Of a stretch of 64,000 bases of DNA, positions 51,510 through 64,000 are shown piece by piece. The stretch spans positions 9,364,001 to 9,428,000 of the forward strand of contig NC_087246.1 in assembly GCF_037042905.1 (NCBI RefSeq), read 5' to 3'. Origin of the DNA: Lytechinus pictus (taxonomy: Eukaryota). The first letter of the stretch is position 1; every line of letters starts with the position of its first letter. A program made the position numbers and the translations under genes. The notes below the pieces were generated by a model, which saw only the letters and a list, made by a program, of their open reading frames with translations, was not told the origin of the DNA and ran no database searches.

Positions 51510-54500
51510 CTGGCAAAGAAAAGAGGATAAATTGTTTATAAATCTGTTTATTTCGTTAAGCTATTTTTAGTAGATATCCACTTAATGAATTGCCATCATT
51601 TTTCTTTTAACTGAAGATATATTCATAAATTCAACCGAAGTTAGGATTTCTCTGCCCGATTAAATTTTCATGACAAAGATAATTTAACAAAGGATCTTAT
51701 ACTCACATACTTTTTTTTCTCATTCAATTACAAAAACATTATATTTGTATTTATTTATTTCAGTTTTCTTTTAGCAGGGTAGCCCCTTCAGTTACGTAAA
51801 CTGATTTACAAGTGGGCCATGGAGCCTCTTGTAGAAATCATTACATTTAAACATAACTCAGAATATCAGACACAAGTCCTAAATGCATGCTTCTGATTGG
51901 TTGATGATCAAGTCTTTATTGTAACTCTTTCAGCAAAGGACCCCATGTGAAAACAGGGAAATGCACACCAAGACTGTTAACCTAGAAATAAATAAATAAT
52001 TAATGCTATGAAAATAACAACCAGTTGGTTTAACTTGTAAGTATTATACTCTTTTAAGATTAATTTGTGCTTGAAAAGGATGTGGTATTGATTTCAAATG
52101 GTCTTAAAATCAGAGATGCAGGAAAGTTCATAATTAAATTTGAAAAAAAAAGCAAAGTGACATAACCCCAATAGCTGATCTAAAATGTATTCAAATAAAC
52201 CTCAAGTCAGGAAGCAATTATTTTGAGCAAGTCATTCATACATTTGGCACTGGGAATTTACTCGATGCAGCTCACTTTCATTCTAACAAATTTGCATGCC
52301 AATTAGAATGAAAGGCCAATCTCTAGAATATTGTACAGTAATGCATGTACATACCCCATCCAAGAAGTTTCTTTTCACTGTACATTCCAACCATGTACAG
52401 AGGAGTGAATGTGTTCTTTCCTGCTTCACGTAACAATCTAAAAGTAAAATAAAGAGACAAATAACAAAACAAATCTTAGTTAATGTTTGACACCATTAAG
52501 TAGAAAAAGTGTAAGAGGAAGAAAAAAACAAGTGGAACGCCTCTGGCAGTCTCGCCTGCATTACGCAATTTAATATAGCAGCAGTGCTAACTTTGAAAAC
52601 TACTATAAAATAATCATTCACAAAAACATCATTCATATAATGACATAATATCACGTTCATTGACCATAAATGACATTTGAACGGAGACTTAAGACTGTCA
52701 ACTACACCCATGTACACATTTCATTCACTCTATCCATAAACTTTCAAAGTTATGATGGCACTTCAACAATTACCCCAACATGGCCTAAGTTTATTGACCT
52801 TAACTGACCTTTGACTTGGTTTCGTGACCTGAAACTCACAGGGGATGTTCAGTGATGCTTGATTACTCTTATATCCCAAGTTTTATGAACTAGATCCATA
52901 AACTTTCAGAGTTAGGATGGTAATTCAACAAATACCCCCAACACGGCCAAAGTTCATTGACCTTTAATGACCTTTGACCATGGTCATGTGACCTGAAACT
53001 CAAACAGGATGTTCAGTGATAGTTGATTACTCTTATGTCCAAGTTTTATGAACTAGATCCATAAACTTTCAGAGTTAGGATGGTAATTTAACAAATACCC
53101 CCAACACGGCCAAAGTTCATTGACCTTAAATGACCATTGACCATGGTCATGTGACCTGAAACTCGCACAGGATATTCAGTGGTACTTGATTAACCTAATG
53201 TCCAAGTTTCATGAACTAGATCCATAAATTTTCAAAGTTATGATAGTAATTCAACAAATACCCCCAACTTGACCAAAGTTCATTGACCCTAAATGACCTT
53301 TGACCTTGGTCACGTGACCTGAAACTCGAGCAGGATGTTCACTAATACTTGATTAACCTTATGCCCAAGTTTCATGAACTAGGTCCATATACTTTCTAAG
53401 TTATGATGTCATTTCAAAAACTTAACCTTCGGTTAAGATTTTGAAAATAATTTTCCCAACATGGTCTAAGTTCATTGACCCTAAATGACCTTTGACCTTG
53501 GTCATGTGACCTGAAACTCCGGCAGGATGTTCAGTAATACTTGATAAACCTTATGTCCAAGTTTCATGAACTAGGTCCATATACTTTCTAAGTTATGATG
53601 TCATTTCAAAAACTTAACCTTAGGTTAAGATTTGATGTTGACGCCGCCGCCGCCGCCGCCGCCGTCGGAAAAGCGGCGCCTATAGTCTCGCTCTGCTATG
53701 CAGGCGAGACAAAAACAAACACAAAATATGTAAATTTGAGGTCACAAGTTTGATAAATTCACATTTATATTTCTCCATTTCCATTTCATAAAAGTATCAC
53801 CAATCAGGTTTCATACAGAATGCTTGAATAGGAATCACGATAAACATAAAAAGAATGGCATGACCTCAGATTTTATAAAATATGTGTTGCCAATATAGTT
53901 TAGAAGAAGTAAACAAACAGCCAGAAATATTAATGTTTTAAAGCGAGTCACAAATATTGACCAGAACATTTCAGCAGGGATTTTTTTGTCATACCAGTAG
54001 TTTGAATGTTTGAGCATCTGTAGAGTACCCTTTGTTCACGGTACGTTTTTCTTTTACCTCAATAATGATAAAAGAACATGAAAAGTCACAACTGCTTTTA
54101 TTTTCCAATAGCAGGGATTTCCCTTTAAATGTTAATAAAAGCACTGGTATAATTGGCCTATAAAATAGTGTGCCACAGCAACTATGGTAACGTATCACTA
54201 ACCATTATTGTAAACTACACTACAGTGGAAAAATTGATTATGTTTATCTGCCAAGCCATGTTGCCATGGTAATAGCCATAATTACAATATTACCACAGTT
54301 GCTACTCTTTATGAAACACGGACTATACCTTGCTTCTGGTTCCTCTCTCTGTTGATCTACTAGGACCTGTGCCAGGAGACTCACCGGGTTGTCTATGTGC
54401 CAGATATCACATAGGTCCTTGTCCATTAACTGAGTAATGATGAAATCACGTACAAATAGACCAGCCCTGTCCATGCCCTGCAAATGGAATTACGTTTGTT

Positions 54501-57500
54501 TCAATCACATACATTCACATATATATCTATCAACAAGTGGAATGCCTCTGGCCGTCTCACCTGCATCACGCGATTCAATATAGCAGCAGTGCTGATTTTG
54601 AAAACTACTATAACTCGCACAAGATGTTCAGTGATACTTGGTTACTCTTATTTCCACGTTTTATGAACTAGACCAATACACTTATAGAGATATGATGGCA
54701 ATTCAACAAATACCCCCAACGTGGCCAAAGTTCTTTGACCTTACATGACCTTTGACCTTGATCATGTGACCTGAAACTTGCACAGGATGTTCAGTGATAC
54801 TTGATTACTATTATGTCCAAGTTTTATGAACTAGACCAACACACTTTCAAATTTATGGCTGTGATTCAACAAATACCCCAATTTGGCCAAAGTTCATTGA
54901 CCCTAAATGACCTTTGACCTTGATCATGTGACCTGAAACTTGCACAGGATGTTCAGTAATACTTGATTACTATTATGTCCAAGTTTCATGAATCAGATCC
55001 ATAAACTTTCAAAGTTATTATGGTAATTCAACAGATACCCCCAATTCGGCCAAAGTTCATTGACCCTAAATGACCTTTGACCTTGGTCATGTGATGTGAA
55101 ACTCATGCAGGATGTTCAGTGATACTTGATTAACCTTATGTATAAGTTTCATGAACTAAGTCCATATATTTTCTAAGTTATGATGACATTTCAAAAACTT
55201 AACCTTAGGTTAAGATTTTGATGTTGATTCCCCCAACATGGTCTAAGTTCATTGACCCTAAATGACCTTTGACCTTGGTCATGTGACATGAAACTCAGGC
55301 AGGATGTTCAGTAATACTTGATTAACCTTATGGCCAAGTTTCATGAACTAGGTCCATATGCTTTCTAAGTTATGCTGTCATTTCAAAAACTTAACCTCAG
55401 GTTAAGATTTGGTGTTGACGCCGCCGTCGCCGTCGGAAAAGCGGCGCCTATAGTCTCACTCTGCTATGCAGGTGAGACAAAAATGATGTCTTGACGTTCA
55501 AACACATTGCTTATCAGATAAATTGAAAAAAAAGGGCTTATCTGACAAATTTTCAAATACAAACTGGAGGTATTTCAAAAGCTATAAAAATTACACAAGA
55601 CTTCCCCATTGTTATGAATATGGGAGGCACAAAATATCTCTAACATTTCAAACAGCATCAGTTCCATTTGAAATATGTAAATGCATGTATATAAATGTTC
55701 TTAACTACAAATATTAATATAATATATAAATATATATATATATACATATATATATATATTCTCACATTGTAATTGAGATTATTGGTATTAAAAGTGTGAC
55801 ATTCTGTTAGCAGAAACTTTCAGAAATGAGTTTGTACTTCATCTACAAGTGGTTTGCAAAATCAGACTTGTCTGATAAAGGAAATATGAATTTATGCAGA
55901 CTAGCTTACAGACAATTTACTTCATTTAGAAATAAATAAAATATATTGTCACTTTATAGGTGGGAGCATAGACCATTTGAAAAATCCACAAATCATTTTT
56001 TTTTCAACAATTCATTATATACACCTTTATGATGATGTCTTGCTTTCCTATCTGTTACAAAAAAAAACATCAATATGCTACTGCACTACTTTTTGTTGGC
56101 AGCATTATTGAAAGTGATCATCATCATGATCAAAGAGACTTTCATCACTTTCAGTATCACCAGCAAGTAATGAAAATTCATGCAAGTTACATTATGAAAT
56201 CATTTCTTCATTAAAAATATCCAAAGAAGTTCTTTGTATCATTCTTATACCTGATCTTCAAGGAGGCCACCAATGATTGCCATGAAGGTAGATTCCATTA
56301 CATCTGATGGGACGGGAAAATCCTGCCATTGAAATAAGAGTATACACTTAATATTAAATGTTATTCGTAAAAAAAATTCACAAGTTTTAGCCACTTGTGA
56401 GTTTGTACCTAAATGCATTATGCATACCTGGCTCACCTGCCAACCCTAAAAGTGAGACAATTTGGAAGACAAATGCATAAAATAGGGGTGTTGCAGCATT
56501 TCCTCTACACAGTAGAAAATACTTTCACAAACATGGGGAAACAGTAGTTGAAGTGGCTCTATATTTCACCCATATTTTAGAGTGTCTCTATGAAATAAGG
56601 AAATCATCATGCATGTATTACATGTATGATATAAAAACAAGTATTAGTGGGATTACAACCAAAATAAAAGAAAATGCAGTTATTTTTTTCTATTTGGTAT
56701 AAAATAATTCATCAAGTATGGAATGGGCTGAAAATAAGAAGATAAAAATTCTTGTTTGTAGCTTTCTTATATGCAAATGATAAATTTGTAAGATAAAGTT
56801 TCAAAGCAATTTTGAAACAGAAACATTATAGAGAGGAAGCTACATGTAAATACATGTACTGTACATTAAGTACATGAATCCACAAAGTGTGAAATTTAAA
56901 TTTCATAATTAATTGGATTAAAAAAACTATTCAACATCACGAAACTTAAATTGTTAGATTGAATATTAGATACTCCATTATAATTTGTATTATTGAACCT
57001 TTACCAAAGCTTTGTAGAGGCTTTAAAATAGTAAAACATTTCAAATAAAAAAGTATGTCAAGTTATAGAAGAGAGGGGGAAGACCCAAATTGAAGTAATG
57101 TAAATACTGGCATCAATTTTCAATATAAAAGTGAGAACTCTTTCATGTTGCATGATTTCTAATGTCATATGCCATGAATCAAATTTTGTGACCCATATCA
57201 CACAATCATATCAGTTCAGTAGTTGAAAAATCGCAAATGAAACACATATGGATTAATAGTTTCAGTTATAATGTATCATAACAAATGATTACATATGTAG
57301 TTCAAAGATTGTAAATTTTGTAATAGAAAATATCCTACAAAATAGGAAAACCTGCAATCAATTAAAAACATGTAGATATAACTGGACACACAAGTAAATA
57401 ATTTTCTTTATTCGCTTGCCATTTCTAAGTATTGGGTCAATTTTCTTTTATAAAAGAGATCAACAACTAAATTTCAGGTTTTAACTCTAAATGTAATATT

Positions 57501-60500
57501 GTGATAAAAATGAAAAAAAAAATGTTGCAGATTAAGATCAGATAAAGCAATTAAACAAACTGATATGCAATCACTTTCTAGAAATCCTAAGTTTGATTGC
57601 ATCATTGCAGTATAAGGAACTTGCCTAGAGACACATTGATTTGTAACACACAATCTTCAAACTAAATGTTTAATTTGACTTACAGCACATAATATAAGAT
57701 CACGCAAACCGAGGTTAGAGGCAACATATGACAGCACTTCTCCGCTCATTAGATACTGATTGATTGCCCTGATAAAAAACAAAGAAAAATACAAGATTTT
57801 GAGAAGAAAACACCAACAAGTACAGGATGACAGGTGAAAATCTATATCCACATGGCAAAGTAATGTATTCGTGCTTCCAGCAAAACGGGGAATCAAAATT
57901 CTTAGTGGAAGAGCATAAAAAAAGAAAAGGAGGACTTGGGCTTGGGATATTTGGTGTCGGGAAAGACAAACTGTTGTTCTTATTTTTGCGCAGGAGGAGG
58001 GGATTCTATCCCAGGGTTGGGTGAACTGTGATAGTCACCAGGGAGTTAGACAGCACTCTGTTTACGATGCTTGTGGGTATTCACTTGTCACTGATTGGGG
58101 GTACTATGATGGAGCGGGCTTTAGAGAGAAAAGATGATGCCAGGTCTACACCATCCTTGGCATGTACAATGCTATAGGGTCAACAAAGTGTTTATATCAC
58201 CTTGTGTCTCAAAGGAATAATCAGGAATATCATTTTTGCCTCTGAGCTATCCAAAAAGTATGTTCTTCCTTTGTTTTTTTAAAGGGATGCAATGGATACC
58301 TTTGTCTGGTGGACTGTACATTTTGTAAAGATTTAATTCATCCTGAAATCTTAAAGTGTATGGTGGGTATTCAATCACCCTTAGGGTCTAGAATTGTTAC
58401 CTATTTATCACTCCTTGTAATCAGAGTAATCATAAAAAAAACCTGTGTACCAAACAAACAGAGATGACATGCTTATATTCTTCTTGTATTGTAATCAAAT
58501 TCAAGGTACTATATTAGAAGCTTGTAAAAAGTTGAATGAATTTTCATGACAATACCACACCAGTGCGGTTCATGTTCATTTAAGTTTTCAAAAAATAGTA
58601 TAATATATACCGTGTTTACATGTACTCGGCTTTTGGTTTAGAACCAAAAGCCAATGCAGAATCGGCTTTTGGTTTATCTTGCACCGCGTTTACACGCTGT
58701 TACAGCTCGCGGTGCATAAGTGGAGCGTTGTGGCCTAGTGGATAAGTCTTCTGACTTTGAAACGGGGGTCGTGGGTTCAAATCCCAGCCATGGCGTAATT
58801 TCCTTCAGCAAGAAATTTATCCACATTGTGCTGCACTCAACCCAGGTGAGGTGAATGGGTACCCGGTAGGATTAATTCCTTGAATGCATGAGCGCTGAAA
58901 GGCAGCTCGAGCTACAGCCGGGGTAATAATAATAATAACGCGCCTCGGAATAGAATATTTCTAGATAGATGGCGCTATATAAATGCCTATTATTATTATT
59001 ATTATTATAATCGGCTCACGTGGCAAAAACCTGAAATAATCCGCGCACCAACAATATACATCCTAATAAAGACAAAGCTGGATCCGTGCGCTTTGAAGTA
59101 CGTCATAATGGTAAAGTAAATGAAATGCACGCCAATTGCCGATGCATAATCGGCTTTCTGTATACACGTAAAAAAAAGCCGATTCTGCATCAGCTTGCGG
59201 TTCTGAACCTACTACTTTGGTGGTGAAAAATTGCTGATTCTGCACTGCGAGCCGATGCAAGTTAATCGCGTTTACAAGTAATGAAAAAGCCGATTTTGCA
59301 TCGGCTTTTTTGTTGCAGCGTGTAAACACGGTAATAAAGGAACAAATTAAACAGGACCTGTAACAATTTGATAATTGAACACTCCCCAAGAAACAGTTTT
59401 CTTTATCATTTTATGACTTCAAAATACATATATTTTTATTCATACCCTCTGGTATACAAGTATTTACATGGTGTTATCTCCATTTTTTAAGTATTCCAAC
59501 CCATTGAGTATTTCAAGGATTCAATATATAACAAAAATAAATGAAAAAGTCTGATTAAAGTAACAAACACTGATGAAATTTCATTAAACTTATCAGTCTT
59601 GAACCATTAAAAAAAAAAAATTAAGAATTACGGTATCATTATAACGTAGGTGACATGCATGTATGTGATAGCTGCTCACATGTGACATCATACTTCTAAA
59701 ATTTATAACTTAGAATCTACTTTGATGAATTAAGGAAAATTCCTTACATACCATTTTAATTGTATTCTTATAAAATTTCATATTATCAATGATAATATCA
59801 TACAAGAATTTCCTGTCTAAAATTTTATGGATATGGTATATTTTGTTCACATTCTCATATAATTTGATGTTACCATGGTCATAGTGTCTCCATGAACATA
59901 AAAAATCAACATCATCATCATCTTTCCAGTTGTAATAAACCATTGCTCTTCTTCTTTTTATTTTACTCTTATTCCTACTCTTTCACCTCTTTTATCATTT
60001 AAATTGACCAAGATTGCCTATCTTCACTCATCACACTAGCAACAAAAAAAGTAACACATTCATCACTGTCTTCATAATCCCATCCAATTAAAGACGCCTG
60101 CACATCAAATATGGTCTGGGCCCGTTGGTATGGATAATAAACTAGTAGAAATGCATTATTTAAGTATATTGTTGACATAAATCACCATTCATTACACTGA
60201 TCATCTGGCGACAGGTAAGCAAAACGATAACCAGGGTCCCGTAACACAAAGGTTAATGAATTGATCGTACACTTGATTTTCATGACTGATTGCACATTGT
60301 AGTCAATGGAATCAATTGTAGAAAAATGTTCTACGATCATTGCTAAGCTTTGTGTTACGGGCCCCGGAATATTTATAATACGATTGCTCAGCGAGTGATT
60401 TGAGAGAGTTTGGAAGATGTTATCTGAAATGAATTTGGTGGGATAAGACCATAAGACTCACCTATGGCCTTGTTCAGGTACTTTAGGGAGAGCTTGTCTG

Positions 60501-60537
60501 AGGAATCCTGCTATGTAATCTGATGAAAACTGATATC
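51319..60537 (-). CDS. MRPL44: Mitochondrial large-subunit ribosomal protein mL44 (RNase III-like domain plus dsRBD), 3' part; upstream exons not found in the window
   Basis: Join of 60537-60462, 57768-57684, 56322-56251, 54477-54329, 52437-52355 and 51509-51319 reads in frame. Recognisable mL44 blocks: VASNLGLRDLILCA DFPVP...TFMAIIGGLL...LFVRDFIITQL...NPVSLL...PLYMVGMYSEKKLLG...PGESITVAEDEAARVALRNLF...ENRPP. Confidence 0.93.
52355..52437 (-). CDS. MRPL44: MRPL44 internal exon (83 bp)
   Basis: tag|A TTG...TGG G|gtatgt; LLREAGKNTFTPLYMVGMYSEKKLLGW. Confidence 0.92.
52528..53710. mobile_element. Helentron-associated/Pearl-like element with internal 163-bp tandem repeats, copy 1
   Basis: Starts ACAAGTGGAA; subterminal IR GTCTCGCCTGCAT; about five units (spacing 163, 163, 163, 192); (GCC)n; terminal hairpin GTCTCGC...GCGAGAC; A-run flanks. 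Confidence 0.85.
54329..54477 (-). CDS. MRPL44: MRPL44 internal exon (149 bp)
   Basis: cag|GGC...GCA AG|gtatag; GMDRAGLFVRDFIITQLMDKDLCDIWHIDNPVSLLAQVLVDQQREEPEA. Confidence 0.93.
54532..55478. mobile_element. Same Helentron-associated/Pearl-like family, copy 2
   Basis: Same termini and orientation as copy 1; about four units (spacing 162, 163, 192). Confidence 0.85.
56251..56322 (-). CDS. MRPL44: MRPL44 internal exon (72 bp)
   Basis: cag|GAT...CAG|gtataa; DFPVPSDVMESTFMAIIGGLLEDQ. Confidence 0.92.
57684..57768 (-). CDS. MRPL44: MRPL44 internal exon (85 bp)
   Basis: cag|G GCA...GCT|gtaagt; AINQYLMSGEVLSYVASNLGLRDLILCA. Confidence 0.9.
58608..59333. mobile_element. MITE with 13-bp TIR and 3-bp TSD, interrupted by a SINE
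   Basis: TACCGTGTTTACA and TGTAAACACGGTA; ATA on both flanks; repeated AATCGGCTTT/AAAGCCGATT motifs. Confidence 0.88.
58722..59008 (+). mobile_element. Full-length tRNA-derived SINE
   Basis: A box TGGCCTAGTGG, B box GGTTCAAATCC, core CTCAACCCAGGTG...AATGGGTACC, tail GGCGCTATATAAATGCC then (TAT)n. Confidence 0.9.
60231..60367. mobile_element. Short MITE, about 135 bp (copy 2)
   Basis: CCAGGGTCCCGTAACACAAAG...CTTTGTGTTACGGGCCCCGG; homologous to 7235-7367. Confidence 0.85.
60462..60537 (-). CDS. MRPL44: MRPL44 internal exon (76 bp)
   Basis: cag|GA TAT...CAT AG|gtgagt; GYQFSSDYIAGFLRQALPKVPEQGH; phase matches the next exon. Confidence 0.85.
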
Positions 60538-61771
60538 CTGCAATTACAAAATCAAGGAAAGAAAAATCTTTGTCATATATCTAATGATATGTTTACACTT
60601 TCATACATTTCAAGCTTATGATTTGAGAAATAAAGAGTTGAACTTCAGTTTCAGCTCCTGAGGGGAAAGGTAATAGAATAGAATTGCTTTATCAATATTA
60701 GGGATGTCTGATTAATGGAATACACGCGAAACCACAAACAGTACCTGGGTATACCTTACAATTAACCAGCCTTTAAAAGACTGTCTCAAAATTGGCACTT
60801 GGAATTCTTTGATAATCCTCAATGTATTAATTATGGAATCGTTTAAAAGTCACTTGAATAAGAAAACTTCATTATTGATCTTCTTAAAAGCATCATGCCT
60901 TTTATAAATTTTGTCACTGTAAGCAACTATATTGGGAGGTTTTATAAGGTTAACTGTCACTACTGTCATTACAGCTAAAATTTCGAACATTTCAATACCC
61001 TATTTCATACTATTTTGTTGGTTCATAATGATAAGTTTCACTAAAACACATGACAAAGATTATTAAACTGTTCTTTGGCTCTAGAATCACATTGAATATT
61101 AATTTCTATATTTTTCTGTTTGTCTTGATTTATGCATTGGCCTTGCCTTGGATATGAATGCCTTGGACTTGGGCTTGAGGGTTCATGCCTTGACTATAAA
61201 CACAGGTGATGACTAAAGAACCATTAGATGGATTAACTTTAAACTTCACCTGTATTATGTTCAGGCAAAAAAGATCTGATTATTTGTCCATGCCACGAGG
61301 TGAAATAAGTCATAATATTCATGAAAATTCTATCTTGCAATGAATAATAAACCATTTCACTGGTAAACTTCAAACTTGGCAAAAGTTATTGGTGGGATAT
61401 TGATCTGATCAGATTTGGGGGGAACAAGGTCATAAGTCATGGCTCATTGCCACACTACATTACAGATCAAACAGATAAATCAGAAACTAACTAAGTTCAA
61501 GAATGAATAGGAGATTGATGATCTGATTCTATAAATGTACTTGGTAATATACTGTAGAAGATATTTATGTGCAATGCATTTTAGATGTAGCAATGGACAC
61601 CTAAATTTACACATTATGATTTGAACAGAAAGATTAAAGTAAAAGAAAACATTGAAAAATTGATCAAAATCAGACAAGGAGTAACAAAGTTATGAAATTT
61701 TAAAGATTAGCATTAGAATTCTTATCTTTAGTGTAAATATTCTCTACACCGTTGCTAACAATTACAAATGA

Positions 61772-62298
61772 AACAAGAGTGTCGCTATAAAGGCGAGCAC
61801 ATAATACGCCCGTCTGTAGCGCGGAAAATGGAGCTCTTGGTCAAGTAAGAAAAGTGGAAGATGGCGACTTCACCTTTGACCTTCTGACCTCAAAATCAAT
61901 AGAATTGCTAGGATCTATGCTAGTATCATACACACCAAATTATACGAGCCTAGGTTAAGTTCAACTTAAGTTATCGCGTTAACAAGGACTTCAGAAGGGT
62001 AAGATGAAAACATGTCACTGTGATCTTGACCTTTGACCTTTTGACCTTAAAATCAATAGCCTGCCTGGGATTCACGCTAGTATCATACACACCAAATTAT
62101 ATGAGCCTAAGTTAAGTTAAACTGAAGTTATCAGGTTTACAAGGACTGCAGAAGGGTAAGATGAAGATCTGTCACTGTGACTTTGACCTTTTGACCTCAA
62201 AATCAATAGGCTTCCTGGGATCCATGCTAGTATCATACACACCAAATTATATGAGCCTAGGTTAATTTAAACTAAAGTTTTCATGTTTACAAGGACTG
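61772..62298. mobile_element. Second tandem-repeat-carrying element (units of about 150 bp), interrupted
   Basis: Starts AACAAGAG with a short hairpin; three units of TGACCTTTTGACCTCAAAATCAATAG...CATACACACCAAATTAT; breaks off at about 62299. Confidence 0.75.
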
Positions 62299-62300
62299 CT

Positions 62301-63100
62301 GGGGCGGTATTCTGAAAATCGTGTTAACTTTGTTGTTAAATATCGTGTTATCCCTCTAATTTAACACGCCCCTAACATACCCCCAAATCGGTATTCTGAA
62401 AACCGTGTTATCTGCGTGTAATCTCATTTCGTGTTGTCTTCGGCTCCTCCCACTCTGCATCTATTTGATCCAATCAAATGCGCTGTTAAAGAAACAAATC
62501 GCGCAAAATTTTCAGGGAAAAGGGGAGTGCGCGGTCGGTGACACGAAGCCCGCATTGTGACATCATTTTTGAAAGCGCATACAACTAAATAAAAGTTAGA
62601 GCAAGAAAGAGACGTCGGGAGGGGTGATTGATTGTGACAATTAAGAATGGATTATTTCAGACAGCATGGATACAAAATTATGACAGGAGACAGAGGCCTC
62701 GATCGATTGTGGAGCAGGCAGGGGACCGGTGAAAAAAATACACGGGGGCGGCGGGCGAATTCGCCCCGGAAATGCCTAAAGTCGCCCTCGAAATCACCCA
62801 AAATCATGCTTTCGGGGGCGACATAAAATCTGAATGTCGCCCCCGAAATTATTGACGACTGATAACAACTCAACGACCCACTAGCGCCATATGCTCGAGC
62901 TCCGCTTACCATTTAAAAATTATCAAAAATCCACACTCAAAATCACGAATAAGCCTTGAAAATAGCGAGGAGCGCAGTTTCAAATTCCGAAGTTGCGTCT
63001 TTTTTTCTGTACCACGTATTTCCACACACATGGTACCAGGTATGGAAAAAAAATCAACGCGACCGTCGGGAAACAGCTGCATGTATAGAATAATTCGAAT
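62301..63100. mobile_element. Left part of a CpG-rich inserted element; right end not identified
   Basis: Abrupt switch inside a repeat unit to GGGGCGGTATTCTGAAAA with repeated CGTGTTA motifs. Confidence 0.55.
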
Positions 63101-64000
63101 TACACAGGAAATAAATCCCAGAGTCTAGTAACCTACATGTATCATTGGTGAGTTGTCATTCGGATTTGCTTTTCAAAACGGCCTATTAACATCCAAATAA
63201 CTTACCTTATTTATTAATTATAACTTAAAAATCATTTGTTTTATTTTTCTCGGGGATGTGGTAAATATCAGACAATAAATCATCAAACAAAGCTCCATCT
63301 ATTTTACAAGGCCGGCGGCAGGCGCACGCATTGGCGCTCGTATTAGCTAGCCAGTCTGAGCTCTGTCTCTCTGCCAGAGCTCTGGGGGACAATTCGCTCA
63401 GTAAAGGCCTCAATGATGGTGATTTTCTGTTTCAGACAGAGTTTACATTTCAGGTATATTATTCAAAACTGCCAATAAAGTTTGATGATTTCTTCATTGT
63501 CATGTATATTTAAGTTCTTAATGAATACATTCTCTCCAAATTTAGACTCCCCCATAGAGAAATGCAATTTTCATGGAGATCTGCGTTTTCAAAGAACTTC
63601 ACGAAAAGTTAGGGTATGTGGGCCTTTATTACATGTACATGGCCGAATACAGGGTATTGTACTGGAATAGACGGAGTAGAAATTAGATATTGAATTCATT
63701 TATATCCAAGTCCAACTCACAGTCACACCCACACACACACCCACCCACACACACACACCCAAGATTCTAAGCATGAAAAAAATAACAAAAAAATCATACA
63801 ATATTAAACTAAAAGTAATAATTCATTAATAAGTGAACAGGAATTCCTCAAAATACAAAAAAGTAGCATTCAAAAGGAGCCCCCAAAATGCAAAAAGTAG
63901 CCCCCGAAAGGTAGAAATGGAGCCCCCGAAATTTGACAAAAAATTTAAAATGGAGCCCCTGAAAAAAAAAAACATTTAACAACTTGAAAAAATAAATATG

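Noticed and set aside
52800..55300. Regularly spaced repeats resembling a CRISPR array
   Set aside because: Whole 163-bp units are homologous, with no unique spacers and no cas genes, and they lie in eukaryotic introns.
58722..58796. Possible tRNA gene
   Set aside because: Acceptor and anticodon stems pair poorly, and it continues into a SINE core and (TAT)n tail.

Overview
This is AT-rich animal genomic DNA, not prokaryotic. The repeat families and intron-rich genes suggest an invertebrate deuterostome, most likely a sea urchin (inference). Two spliced genes lie on the minus strand. (1) The 5' part of a SERCA-type Ca2+-ATPase (ATP2A): nine coding exons from ATG 38442 down to 100, all with GT-AG junctions and a continuous frame, including an 18-bp microexon. 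The gene continues off the left edge. (2) The 3' six coding exons of mitochondrial ribosomal protein mL44 (MRPL44), 60537 down to the stop at 51319. The rest is intron and intergenic DNA with many non-autonomous transposons, several nested: PIF/Harbinger-like, TTAA/Kolobok-like and hAT-like MITEs, Helentron/Pearl-like elements carrying tandem repeats, a tRNA-derived SINE and a CR1 3' end. Two observations stand out. First, TA-bounded 8-bp palindromes (TACATGTA, also TAGGCCTA and TAGATCTA) are roughly 20-fold in excess. They occur in introns, stack into 6-bp-periodic chains, and in one case form an exact 6-bp insertion in a transposon end, which fits cut-and-paste excision scars. Second, the SERCA promoter region has an ER-stress element (CCAAT-N9-CCACA) next to CRE- and UPRE-like sites. 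All counts and alignments were done by eye.
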